Both the position numbers and the translations under genes were made by a program. A model generated the notes under the pieces. That model saw only the letters and a program-made list of their open reading frames with translations, searched no databases and was not told the DNA's origin. Shown one piece after another: positions 30,966-40,851 of a stretch of DNA of 64,000 bases. How positions within the stretch are numbered: position 1 is the stretch's first letter; each line of letters starts with the position of its first letter. The stretch covers positions 3,392,001-3,456,000 of the forward strand of contig OY764159.1 of NCBI GenBank assembly GCA_963668175.1, given 5' to 3'. Source of the DNA: Syntrophales bacterium. GTDB lineage: Bacteria > Desulfobacterota > Syntrophia > Syntrophales > PHBD01.

Positions 30966-32807
30966 CTACAGAAAAGAAAAACTATAGGATTGCAGGCCTT
31001 CGTCCGCCATCAGCGAATGGGGGGGCGCGGCTTTTTCCATGACCTTGATCATGGCTCTGTTTGTGTTCAGTATGGTCGCGTTGAAACCCTCGATTCCGTC
31101 TTTTTCGGCAATCTCCCTAAGCATGCGGATCATGAAGGATGCGATGCCGATTCCCCGGTATTTCTCGTCCACGATGAACGATACATCCGCAAAGATGCCG
31201 CGCCCGAGACGTACGTATCGTCCTTCGGCGACGATCTTTTCAAATCCCCTCTCTGCTATTATCCCGACTATGGACATAGTTTGTCGGTAATCGACATTGG
31301 TGTATTCCTGCATTCTCGAATGCGGCATAGCCTGCACCTGGCTGAAATACCTGTAAAAAACCCCTTGATCGGAAAACCGGTAAAAAAGACGCCTCATGCC
31401 GTCCTCGTCGGATGGTTTTATCGGGCGGAAGTGAACGGTGACATGGTCATCGAATATTTGCGATCGCGAGACATCGTATCGATACGCCCGCCCGGCATCC
31501 GAACGGTAGATCTGCGTGGGGTAGAGCAGTTTCAGGTTTTTCGCTACACCGATCAAGTGATCGCGATCGTTGGGATGCGCGATATCGATAAGGGCGAGCG
31601 TCCTTTCCCGAAGCGATCTTCCGCCGAGCCGTGCTATGCCGTATTCCGTCACGACGATGTCGACTAGTTCCGTTGAAAACTGGTTCGTGAATTTATCGAC
31701 CGAAGACAATATGTTCGCTTCACCGCTGCGATCGCGGCTGGGAAGAGCGAAAATATTGTATCCGCCGCTCGATTGCGCCGCGCCGTCGAGAAATTCGTAG
31801 TAATCGCTCGGTCCGGCGCTGAGGCTCTTTCTGCTCGCAGGAAGGGCAACGGCTCCGGTGAGATCGACTTTATAAGCCGGTATGATAACCACACACCGGT
31901 CATTCTGCGAAACGGTCTTCGGGTTTACGACCGTATCGATTTTCCGAAATTCCACAAGGCGATTGCCGTTCAACCATCGCATCAATTCGGGCGTTCCCTG
32001 TGCATAAGCGGCAAGACTCTTGCCCTTGAATATCCTCTTTTTGTTATTGGAGATTACACCGACTTTCATCAGGTCCATGACTGGATCCGTAAAGACGAGC
32101 GAATGAATCCCCAACTCCCGCTTTGGAGAGAGATGTTTTACGAGTGCCTCATAAATCGGACCGAGGAAGAATGCGAGGCAACTCCCGTCCTCAATGACGG
32201 ACGCGACATTCTCGGCCACCTTGTCAAAAACCTCGTCAACGGGCCAGCGCGGCACATAAAGAGGGGGGACCGTCGCCGTGACCAGGTGATGAAAATCGTT
32301 CACGTGGATAAGCGTGTCTCCGTACGTATACGGCGTCTCCTCGCTTATCTCCCCAACAATGAGAGATGCCTTCTCAATCGCATATTTCGCCACATCGGCG
32401 GACGCCCCAAGGCTGCAATAACCCTTGCCGTCCGGAGGCGTAATCCGGACAAAGGCGGCATCTATTTTCAATGAATCCGTTTGAAATAAATAGGGGACCT
32501 GAGACATCTTGCAGGGGATCCCGTCGATCCGTCCGGATCTAATAGCGGCATAACCCTTCGCCGCCGAAAAAAAAGTCTTCAGGCGGTATTTTTCCGCGTA
32601 ACGCTCGTCGGGCGGAATTGCATCGCCCAGGCTCAGGAGCTGAATGATATCGAGATCCGCGAGATTCTTTTGATCGGAATCCATGAGGTGCTTGATCAAT
32701 GTACGCGGCTCGGCAACCCCGGTGCCGACGAAAATACTCATCCCCGGTTTGATCTCAGCGAGCACGACCGCGGGAGGTACGATCTTCTTTGCCCATCCGT
32801 TTATCAT
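30966..32807 (-). CDS. Acetyl-CoA hydrolase/transferase fused to a C-terminal GNAT acetyltransferase
   Basis: GTGVAEP, CSLGAS, DIVVTEYG, LIDIAHP; GNAT part FRPIKPSDE...YRGIGIAS...N.AMI. Confidence 0.88.
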   Translation of the reverse strand: MINGWAKKIVPPAVVLAEIKPGMSIFVGTGVAEPRTLIKHLMDSDQKNLADLDIIQLLSLGDAIPPDERYAEKYRLKTFFSAAKGYAAIRSGRIDGIPCKMSQVPYLFQTDSLKIDAAFVRITPPDGKGYCSLGASADVAKYAIEKASLIVGEISEETPYTYGDTLIHVNDFHHLVTATVPPLYVPRWPVDEVFDKVAENVASVIEDGSCLAFFLGPIYEALVKHLSPKRELGIHSLVFTDPVMDLMKVGVISNNKKRIFKGKSLAAYAQGTPELMRWLNGNRLVEFRKIDTVVNPKTVSQNDRCVVIIPAYKVDLTGAVALPASRKSLSAGPSDYYEFLDGAAQSSGGYNIFALPSRDRSGEANILSSVDKFTNQFSTELVDIVVTEYGIARLGGRSLRERTLALIDIAHPNDRDHLIGVAKNLKLLYPTQIYRSDAGRAYRYDVSRSQIFDDHVTVHFRPIKPSDEDGMRRLFYRFSDQGVFYRYFSQVQAMPHSRMQEYTNVDYRQTMSIVGIIAERGFEKIVAEGRYVRLGRGIFADVSFIVDEKYRGIGIASFMIRMLREIAEKDGIEGFNATILNTNRAMIKVMEKAAPPHSLMADEGLQSYSFSFL

Positions 32808-32990
32808 GGGGATGAGTATTATCCATCTTATGGCAAGCAGTCAAGGAGGTCGTGTGGAATATTATGACAGCCGTTGTGAAGGAATAACCATATTCAGGAT
32901 CGAAGGCTGGGAAGCCGGTGTCCCAGTCCGGCTTCCCGCCTTCGTCGGATATTTTAAGAGGTGCTTTGTTATGCCGCTGAAAGCGCCTGG

Positions 32991-34373
32991 CTATTTCCAG
33001 CCGGACAGCGGTTCCACGACGGGATCGGCAAAAGGCTCCGTGCGATGAATAATACCTGTGGAGTAATAAGTAGAAACGTCCTTTTCGGAAAATCCTAGTA
33101 ACCCGTTCATGATATTCGTGGTGTCCTCCCCAATCGCGGGTGCACCTCTGAAGATCTGCCCCGGTGTCAATGACATCTTGGGAACGGCGCCGCCGACGCG
33201 AATGGGCACGCCCGATTGCCGGTCCACAACGGGAACATGGGATTCCCTGAGTCGATAATGCTCCTCGCTGAGCATGTCGGAGGCATTCATAATCCTGCAA
33301 CAGCCGATCTGGGCATTGTTGAGTTCTTTTTCAACTTCCAGGCGGGTTCGGGTCGAGCAGTACTCCCTCATCTTGCGGTCCAATTCCAGGCCTTTCGGCG
33401 AACTGACAGCCGCAGCATCCTTGGAGCAATTGTCGTAGCAGAATTCCTCGGGATCCAGTTTTAGGAATTTCGGCACCCTCTCATAAATGATCGGCCCGAG
33501 GGCCCCGATAAAGACATAGCCATCCTTACATTGGAAGGTGTCATAGGGTTGGAAAGTAGGTGCCTTATTGCCGGAATGGCCGCTCACTTTACCCTCTCCC
33601 GATACCCACGGCATCTGGAAACCCTGCGTGGCATGGACAGCCTCGTATTGACTGCAATCGATTACCTGTCCCCTCCCCGTCTTCTGTGCTTCCCATAAAC
33701 CCATCATGACTGCGGCCCAGCCATGGAGAGCCGTGAGGTAATCGGCTGTATATACCTTTGCACGCTGGGGCGGACCTGCCGGATCGCCCGTCACCGCTAT
33801 CATTCCACCGAAAGCCTGACCAAGGGCATCATACCCCGGTCGGCCCAGCATTTCCTCGGACCCATATTGACCATAAGTACTGACTCGCAAGATGACTAAT
33901 TTGGGATTGACTGCCAACGCCAATTCGGGAGTTATGCCGGATCTCTCGAGCGTGCCGGGTGCAGAGGACTCCATCCACACATCGGATATTTTCCAAAGGG
34001 CCATCAGGAGCTCCAGCCCCTTTGGGTCCTTGAAATTGAGGCCGAAAGACAACCTGTTTACGGCCTCATTGGCCCAGTCGCAGCCGTGGGGTCTTTTGCC
34101 TCTCGTCAGATGAGGCCCCGTTTTGCGATGGATATCACCGCCGGGTCGCTCGACGTGTATGACTTCCGCCCCAAATGAAGCCAATTTGGTCCCCGCAAAA
34201 GGCTGGGCAATGACGATACCGGAACTGACGACCCGGATGCCCTGTAAGGGGCCGAATTTAGGTATGAGCATGGGTGTCTCAGGCCTCTTTATGTTCTTGA
34301 TCCAGTCCGGGATAGTCTGTTTTATCTCTTCGATCTGATCCTCATACTTAACGAGACGTTTGTCGTGATTCAT
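32991..34373 (-). CDS. CaiB/BaiF family III CoA transferase
   Basis: GPLQGIRV, FGAEVIHVERPG, STYGQYG, PGYDALGQAFGG, AD, APAIGEDT. Confidence 0.92.
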   Translation of the reverse strand: MNHDKRLVKYEDQIEEIKQTIPDWIKNIKRPETPMLIPKFGPLQGIRVVSSGIVIAQPFAGTKLASFGAEVIHVERPGGDIHRKTGPHLTRGKRPHGCDWANEAVNRLSFGLNFKDPKGLELLMALWKISDVWMESSAPGTLERSGITPELALAVNPKLVILRVSTYGQYGSEEMLGRPGYDALGQAFGGMIAVTGDPAGPPQRAKVYTADYLTALHGWAAVMMGLWEAQKTGRGQVIDCSQYEAVHATQGFQMPWVSGEGKVSGHSGNKAPTFQPYDTFQCKDGYVFIGALGPIIYERVPKFLKLDPEEFCYDNCSKDAAAVSSPKGLELDRKMREYCSTRTRLEVEKELNNAQIGCCRIMNASDMLSEEHYRLRESHVPVVDRQSGVPIRVGGAVPKMSLTPGQIFRGAPAIGEDTTNIMNGLLGFSEKDVSTYYSTGIIHRTEPFADPVVEPLSGWK

Positions 34374-34497
34374 TACTGTTATCCTCCTTTTAAAAGTAAG
34401 TTTTGTCCCCTGTTTTTAATTGCCAATAGTTCGTCTATCTAAAATGTTCTCACCTCCTTATTTTGAACTTTGGGTCGGCATGCTGAATCGCGGGGCA

Positions 34498-34598
34498 ATA
34501 AAAAAAGGGACGGCAGTAGAGTGGTGGCTCCACCAAACCGTCCCTTAATTATTCTTGCGTCCCTTACAGATTGGCCAATCTGCTCAGGAACCCCGCTA
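34498..34598 (-). ncRNA. Attenuator-like structured leader upstream of the CoA-transferase (possibly the caiA RNA motif)
   Basis: Hairpin GCG.GGTTCCT..CAGATTGGCCAATCTG..AGGGACGC, then terminator AAGGGACGG...CCGTCCCTT plus U-run; AAGGGACG is repeated. Confidence 0.6.
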
Positions 34599-34599
34599 T

Positions 34600-35343
34600 T
34601 TATCCTTCTGTTACACCCTGTATAAATTCCATGACATTCCGTCCCAGTACCTTTTGATTGTAGCCGCCTTCCATAACCGCAAAACAGCCTGCTCTATTTT
34701 TCTTACTTGCCTTTTTGATTAATTTTCCGATCTCCCCGTAATGCTCCGTGGAAAGAACTCCACCCCAGTCGTCCTTATGGCTGTCAAATCCCGCCGAGAT
34801 GCCGATAATATCGAAATGATATGAAAGCGCTTCTTTCAGCACGCCAAGATAGGAATCGGGATCTCGTTCGCTCGGATTGTATATTGTCGTGTAACCTTTT
34901 GTTCCAAGAATATTTATCGTTCCATCACCGTCGTGATGATCGATATCCAGTACAAAAGCTCTCCTGATTTTTCTTTGCTCCTTGAGTTTCGCGATCGCTA
35001 TGGCGATGTTGTTAAAATAACAATAACCCCAGGAGAAGTCGGATGATGCATGGTGGCCTGGTGGTCTCACAAGTGCGAAACACGGCTCTTCCAAACCGAC
35101 GTTTGCAGCCTGAATAGAAGCCCCTGCTGCCAACGCGGCGATATCGTAATGCCCCATCCGAGAGACGTTTTGTATATGTTCAGCCGTATGGCAGGCCGCG
35201 ATATCGCTGTATTCTGCGGATTCTGCTTCAATAAATTCCACCTTGTCTCTGATAGCTTCCAGGACACAATCCATGCGGCGCTCTTCGGCAGCGGGTTCAA
35301 GGCTGTACGATTTCCTGAAGTCCCGATGAAATATTACCTTCAT
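34600..35343 (-). CDS. Zn-dependent histone deacetylase-family protein
   Basis: RPPGHHA, GYCYFNN, DIDHHDGDGT, SAGFD, EGGY. Confidence 0.92.
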   Translation of the reverse strand: MKVIFHRDFRKSYSLEPAAEERRMDCVLEAIRDKVEFIEAESAEYSDIAACHTAEHIQNVSRMGHYDIAALAAGASIQAANVGLEEPCFALVRPPGHHASSDFSWGYCYFNNIAIAIAKLKEQRKIRRAFVLDIDHHDGDGTINILGTKGYTTIYNPSERDPDSYLGVLKEALSYHFDIIGISAGFDSHKDDWGGVLSTEHYGEIGKLIKKASKKNRAGCFAVMEGGYNQKVLGRNVMEFIQGVTEG

Positions 35344-35706
35344 AGATCTCCTGCAAATCTCACTTTCGTATTTCGATTTGTCGTTAGGTAATAAGGGTTT
35401 ATTGATCGTTAATCAATATTAAAAGATATTTACATTTATTTGTTAATACGGATTAATATTAATATTTAAGAATGTTATAATTTTAGATATAAGATAAGTA
35501 TAATTATTTAGAATATAGATATAAATGCGGTCACTTACAGAATCGGCAATTGGGTGGACTACGTGGAATCTCAACAGGTAAGAAATTATCCAGCATGAAA
35601 CTGTCGTCCGAACATCAGGTCGGCACGGCTGGGTTAGCTATGCCCGAAACAGGAAAGGTGCATTGATAAATCTCAATTGAAGATTGAACAGTTCTTACGG
35701 GGGCGT

Positions 35707-35758
35707 TGAAGAGTGCGCAGCGATTCGGGAACCGAGGTGCAGGGGCTCGCCCCGGAAC
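35707..35758 (+). repeat. Dispersed repeat A, copy 2
   Basis: 51/52 identical to 13958-14009, same orientation. Confidence 0.85.
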
Positions 35759-36349
35759 CGCGGTGAAGGAATGGCGAAGAACTCGCTTCCCGGATACGCT
35801 TCAGACCGCAGAGATCCACCCTGATTGCCCTTACCCTCTACCACTTGGATTACGGGCCCGGGCTGACCAACGTCATGCGAGCAGTGCGAGGCTGACGGGC
35901 GTCATGACGGACAATGCAACAAGACCGTGACAAAAGAGACGCCGGGTCTTGAAACGCCCCGTCTTGAGACCCAGAGGCACTTCAGGAGAAGGGCGAGCTG
36001 CAGCGAACCGGGGTAAAGCCCGGTAGAGACTGCGAGCCATTATTGCTTCAGCAAGAATTCGATGACGCAGTTGAGACGCAGGAGCTTGTGACGAAGGAGC
36101 AATGCGGCTTCGACTTTGCACCGAAGTGACCCGCAGGCCTCCACCAGAGGCCAGTCTTCGGCGCGGCCTGCTATCCTGGGATTCGACCCGCCTAGCCTGG
36201 CTGCGCAGGGGTGAAGCGTACCCGCGGTCCCCACCGAAGGGCAGCGAGCCCCGGAGCAATGACCCAGTGCGTCGCCTTCAGGCGTATGAGCTGGAGAAGC
36301 GCCGGGCGGGCGGGAAGCCCTGCAGGGGATGATCCCGGCCTCTGAGTTA

Positions 36350-36405
36350 GTCCAGCGAGAATCGAAGGTTCGAGCATGGCCGTGCTCAGAGGATCAGAAG
36401 GGCCG
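36350..36405 (+). repeat. Dispersed repeat B, copy 1
   Basis: 28-bp core GTTCGAGCATGGCCGTGCTCAGAGGATC identical to 40783-40810, with similar flanks. Confidence 0.8.
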
Positions 36406-36649
36406 ATAGGCCGGTGAACCTCTTGCAAAGAAGAGGGAGACGGCCGGTTCAGGTCATACTTCAGGTCGGATATGAGTCGGATTGAAGCTGAATCCATGTC
36501 TGACCTGAGTGAAAGGGAAACTTAGGCAAATAAATAACATCCTGAAAGGTTTTATTGAGAATATTACATTTCTATGCGAGATTATGACTTGTAATGATTC
36601 ACGATAATTAACGCAATCAGTGGTTTAATACAGGTGTTATGATTATTGT

Positions 36650-39424
36650 TTGCTGCCGCAAGGACAGCAAAAAGGAACATTCTTGAAGCCTTCAAGCCAC
36701 TCTGAGGAACAGCCTTGGACGCCCGACCGCTGGAGCCGGCTGGCCTGGTTGCCGATCCCCGTGCTATTGGCTGCGATCATTGCCGCGTGGATGACGGGGC
36801 TGCGCGAGACCTATGAATCTCACCTGCTGCTCCTCTTCTTGAGTTTTACATTCTACACGTTGGTCTCGTTGGGCACCCTCTATATTATCGGACGTAGTTT
36901 CCTTGGGTTGGGCTCACCGGGACTTTTGTTCCTGGAGTGCGGGGTGATCCTATGGAGCCTGGCCGGCACGATTGGAGACTTTGTCTCCCATGGTGACGCG
37001 AATATCAACGTTACCATCTTCAATGCCAGCATTTTGCTCGCAGGGCTATGCCATCTGGCGGGCACTATCCTTTCACTCAGGCCTAGGCAAGTTATCCGTG
37101 CAAAGACTCTGTGGCTGGTGGTAGGGTGGGCGGTCTCCCTGGTTGCGCTGTGGCTGGTCTCCCAAGCGGCACTGATGGGGTGGCTGCCAGTCTTTTTCAT
37201 CCCCGGCCAGGGAGGCACACCAGTACGTTACATCGTGTTAACTGCGGCCATCGCCATGTTCGTGCTTTCCGCCGGCCTGCTGAAGGCTAACCAGCGCACG
37301 GCACTCCTCCCATTCACCTCATGGTACGCTCTTGCCCTCCTGATGCTTGCGGTGGGGCTGTTCGGCGTGATGATCCAACTGTCCCTGGGCAGCGTCGTGA
37401 ATTGGCTCTCCCGGACTGCGCAGTGGCTGGGCGGGGTCTATCTGCTTTTAGCCGCCTTTTTTTCGCTTCGTACATCCCGGCTCCCGCTTCTTCCACTGCA
37501 GAGCGAGTCCAAGCCTGCGTACTACCGGGACGCCGTGGCTATGGCCATCGTGATCGCCGCGGCTGCCATCCGCCTGACCTTCCTTCCGGCACTGGGAACG
37601 CATGCCCCTTTTGTGACATTCTACCCTGCCGTGATCTTCGCCTCCATATATGGCGGCCTGCGCGCGGGCCTTCTGGCAACAGCCCTATCGGCGCTATTCG
37701 TCTGCTACTTCTGGATGGACCCGGCGGGCCCGCTCTCCATCAGGCAGACTCCCGACTGGCTGGCGATGGCTGTCTTCCTGTTGACCGGCGCGATGATCGC
37801 CGGCGTCTCGGATGCCATGAACCGCGCCCAAGCCCGCGCCTTTGCGGCGGAAAAGCAGGCCCTGCTCGCCGGCGAACGCGCCGCGGCGGCGGAGGCTCTG
37901 CAGGCAAGCCGCGCCAAGCTGGAGGCGGCCCTGGCCAGCATGACGGATGCCGTCTCCATCTATGATGTGGAGGGGCGCATGATCGAATTCAACGACGCCT
38001 TTACGGCTTTCTACCGCTTCAGGAGCCGGGATGATTGTGCCCGGACACTGGCCGAGCATCCGGACATTATTGAAGTATGCATGGCCGACGGGACATTGGA
38101 GCCGCAGGATCAACGGGCGGTTCTCAGGGCACTGCGAGGCGAGACGGCAACGAACGCTGAGTACACCCTGCGCCGTAAGGACACAGGCGAAACCTGGGTC
38201 GGGAGCTGCAGCTTCTCCCCCATTCGCGGCCAGGACGGCGCGATCGCCGGAGCGGTTATGGCTTGCCGCGACATAACCGAGCGTAAGAGGATCGCTAAGG
38301 AGCTCCAGCGACAGCGTGAATGGCTGCGCGTTACACTGGGAAGTATCGGTGACGCCATCATCGCCACCGACACGGAAGGCAAGGTCACGTTTCTGAATAC
38401 CGTCGCCGAGGCCCTGACCGGTTGGCCGCTCCCGGAGGCTAAGGCACGGCCCGTGACGGAGGTATTCAACATCGTCAATGAACACACCCGACAAACCGTC
38501 GAGAGCCCTGTCGCCAGGGTCCTTAAGGAAGGCATGATCGTCGGCCTCGCCAACCATACCATCCTGATAAGAAGAGACGGAACCGAAGTCCCCATCGACG
38601 ACAGCGGCGCTCCCATCCGGGACGCAGGCGGTAATACCCTGGGCGTTGTCCTTGTCTTCCGCGATATAACTGAACGCAAACGGGTGGAAAAGGCCATTCA
38701 GGAACATGCGGCCCAGCTGGAAGATGCCAACAAGGAACTGGAGAGCTTCAGCTACACCATCTCCCACGATCTGCGCTCGCCGCTCCGTGCCATTGACGGA
38801 TATTCGCGGATCATCCTTAAGAACCATGGGGAGGAGTTTAATGAAGCTACGTTAAGGAATTTCAATGCAATCAGGGCGAACGCCCAGAGGATGGGCCAGC
38901 TCATCGACGACCTTTTGAACTTCTCGCGGTTGAGCAGGGCAAACCTTTCGCTTACGGAACTGGACATGGAGAACCTTTTTCAGGAAGCATGGAAAGAGGT
39001 GTTGGATCATAGCGGCGATCGCCGGGGGGACTGGCGGTTTACGGACATTCCCCGAGGTCTGGGCGACCGGGCGCTTATCAAACAGGTGGTCGGGAACCTC
39101 CTGGCCAACGCCCTCAAGTTCTCTTCGGTGCGCCCTGAAGTGGTCATCGAAACGGGTGGCTACCGGAACTGCAACGAGTGTGTCTACTATGTGAAGGACA
39201 ACGGGGTCGGTTTTGACATGCAGTACCACGACAAGATCTTCGGCGTTTTCCAGCGGCTGCACACGGAGGAGGAATTTGAAGGCACCGGAGTGGGCCTCGC
39301 CATCGTCCAGCGGATCGTCCACCGCCACGGTGGTCGAGTTTGGGCGGAAGGAAAGGAAGGAGAAGGAGCGACTTTTTATTTTACCCTGCCGTTATCAGAC
39401 AGCCAGGACGTTGAACTCACATGA
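36650..39424 (+). CDS. Membrane sensor histidine kinase (multi-TM, DUF4118-like, two PAS, HisKA, HATPase)
   Basis: About 12 TMs; PAS domains; SHDLRSPL H-box; NLLANALKF, DNGVGF and GTGVGL boxes; start may be TTG at 36683. Confidence 0.92.
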   Translation: MLPQGQQKGTFLKPSSHSEEQPWTPDRWSRLAWLPIPVLLAAIIAAWMTGLRETYESHLLLLFLSFTFYTLVSLGTLYIIGRSFLGLGSPGLLFLECGVILWSLAGTIGDFVSHGDANINVTIFNASILLAGLCHLAGTILSLRPRQVIRAKTLWLVVGWAVSLVALWLVSQAALMGWLPVFFIPGQGGTPVRYIVLTAAIAMFVLSAGLLKANQRTALLPFTSWYALALLMLAVGLFGVMIQLSLGSVVNWLSRTAQWLGGVYLLLAAFFSLRTSRLPLLPLQSESKPAYYRDAVAMAIVIAAAAIRLTFLPALGTHAPFVTFYPAVIFASIYGGLRAGLLATALSALFVCYFWMDPAGPLSIRQTPDWLAMAVFLLTGAMIAGVSDAMNRAQARAFAAEKQALLAGERAAAAEALQASRAKLEAALASMTDAVSIYDVEGRMIEFNDAFTAFYRFRSRDDCARTLAEHPDIIEVCMADGTLEPQDQRAVLRALRGETATNAEYTLRRKDTGETWVGSCSFSPIRGQDGAIAGAVMACRDITERKRIAKELQRQREWLRVTLGSIGDAIIATDTEGKVTFLNTVAEALTGWPLPEAKARPVTEVFNIVNEHTRQTVESPVARVLKEGMIVGLANHTILIRRDGTEVPIDDSGAPIRDAGGNTLGVVLVFRDITERKRVEKAIQEHAAQLEDANKELESFSYTISHDLRSPLRAIDGYSRIILKNHGEEFNEATLRNFNAIRANAQRMGQLIDDLLNFSRLSRANLSLTELDMENLFQEAWKEVLDHSGDRRGDWRFTDIPRGLGDRALIKQVVGNLLANALKFSSVRPEVVIETGGYRNCNECVYYVKDNGVGFDMQYHDKIFGVFQRLHTEEEFEGTGVGLAIVQRIVHRHGGRVWAEGKEGEGATFYFTLPLSDSQDVELT

Positions 39425-39745
39425 CCGCCGATGAAACAGTGTGGGCCTTACGCGAAGCGTTATATGTTATGTTGTATCTTGAGTTCCCTGTTTCTTCCGA
39501 CAGAAAGGATTTTATATAACTAAGATATGCTTTCCTTTGCCCAGTATGACATCGGATCAGGCAGGGGCTGACCGATGGCATAGAGGGCTTTCATCAAGGC
39601 CTCAAAGTTCTCGCTTCCACTCTTGCCCTTGTCGGTCTGCAGCAGTAACACCCGTGCGAGTTTTCCGTCCCACCCTAATCATTGGGAATGAGCTTATCCC
39701 CGGAGGACTTTCATGAGAAGGCGGCCGTCGCCGAGGGCACCTCGA

Positions 39746-40438
39746 CTATTCAGGTCTGGCTTTCCTGCCGGCTTTCTTCACCTCCCGATCGCTTTCTTCC
39801 TTCTCTTCCGTTTTCGTCACGGCATTGGACGGCACGTAGGCTTTCAGGAGCCGGAAACCGGCATCGGCCTGCTTCCTGGAGAAGGAAAGATTGGCAGTAA
39901 CGAACGCATCGCGAAGTTCCCCACAAGCGTCAATCAAGGTTTCCAAAGCCTGCATTCGGTCTCCCCGGGCGGTAATGAATTCTTGATACGCCTTGATCAT
40001 ATTCTGCAGGCAATCATGACAATCGCGATAAAGATCCTGTGCATCCTTTCTCCAGCTATCAAAGAAAGACTTCATTTCCGCCGTGACCCGGGATGGATAT
40101 CCTTTCGGATAGAAATCCTCGATTTTGAGCTGCGGCCAATTCTTGAACACATTCTCGGCGAAGGACGTTTCATCGAACGTCGACGTACCAGTCTTTTGAT
40201 AAGGTTTGAAGAATGCTTCCAGGATTTCCTGTCCGCCGTTCCCGAAGCCCTTCTGCCAAGTCTTCGCGATATCATCATAGTTGCCGTATATGACTTTATG
40301 GGCTGTATCCGAGATCCATTGCATAGTATTTCTGTAAAGGGCGAAACCGTCCACTGTATTACCGATGCCTTCACTCGTTAAATAGGTGAACGGCCATAAT
40401 ACCTGAGATGTGTTCGACTGTGCTTCTTTTTCATTCAT
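39746..40438 (-). CDS. Hypothetical helical protein
   Basis: Long ORF; likely ATG at 40438 after GAAAGGA; no recognised motif. Confidence 0.6.
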   Translation of the reverse strand: MNEKEAQSNTSQVLWPFTYLTSEGIGNTVDGFALYRNTMQWISDTAHKVIYGNYDDIAKTWQKGFGNGGQEILEAFFKPYQKTGTSTFDETSFAENVFKNWPQLKIEDFYPKGYPSRVTAEMKSFFDSWRKDAQDLYRDCHDCLQNMIKAYQEFITARGDRMQALETLIDACGELRDAFVTANLSFSRKQADAGFRLLKAYVPSNAVTKTEEKEESDREVKKAGRKARPE

Positions 40439-40764
40439 TGCGGATCGTCCTTTCATTCCTGAAATGTTTGGGATTGGAAGCGATAATATCCGGCCTCTTC
40501 CTGCACCAGTTTCCAACTGCCGCCGGACAAGTAATATGATCAATCTGGAGAAAAAGCAGACCGTGTCCCGGCGGTTCTTTTCTTTAAATATTATTACAAT
40601 AAAGACGGAAAACAATGGTTACAAATTGATGAAAGAATGGGAGGTGAAAGCACCATATACAAATTTGATACAGCAGGAAAAGAAAGATCCCTTTGAATTT
40701 CTAATAGGCAAAAGCGTGTGAGCAAATTGGCGGCTGCGCTCTCGACGTCCTGCCTGCTGAGCCC

Positions 40765-40820
40765 GTCCAGTGAGAATTGGACGTTCGAGCATGGCCGTGC
40801 TCAGAGGATCCGCAGGGCCG
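40765..40820 (+). repeat. Dispersed repeat B, copy 2
   Basis: Matches 36350-36405, same orientation. Confidence 0.8.
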
Positions 40821-40851
40821 GTGATGCATGTCTTAATAATATGGGTCTTCG

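Larger units (their letters stand above)
35560..36530. other. Hairpin-rich, GC-rich non-coding tract (possible mobile-element relic or structured RNA)
   Basis: No convincing CDS; several inverted repeats; carries repeat A copy 2 and repeat B copy 1. Confidence 0.45.

Noticed and set aside
34498..34598. c-di-GMP-I riboswitch (contains GGGACGCAA and TAGCGGGGTT)
   Set aside because: The segments are in the wrong order and the GNRA tetraloop/receptor architecture is missing.
39420..39475. attC-like end (GCGTTATATG) after the sensor kinase
   Set aside because: No matching R'' box or paired arms.
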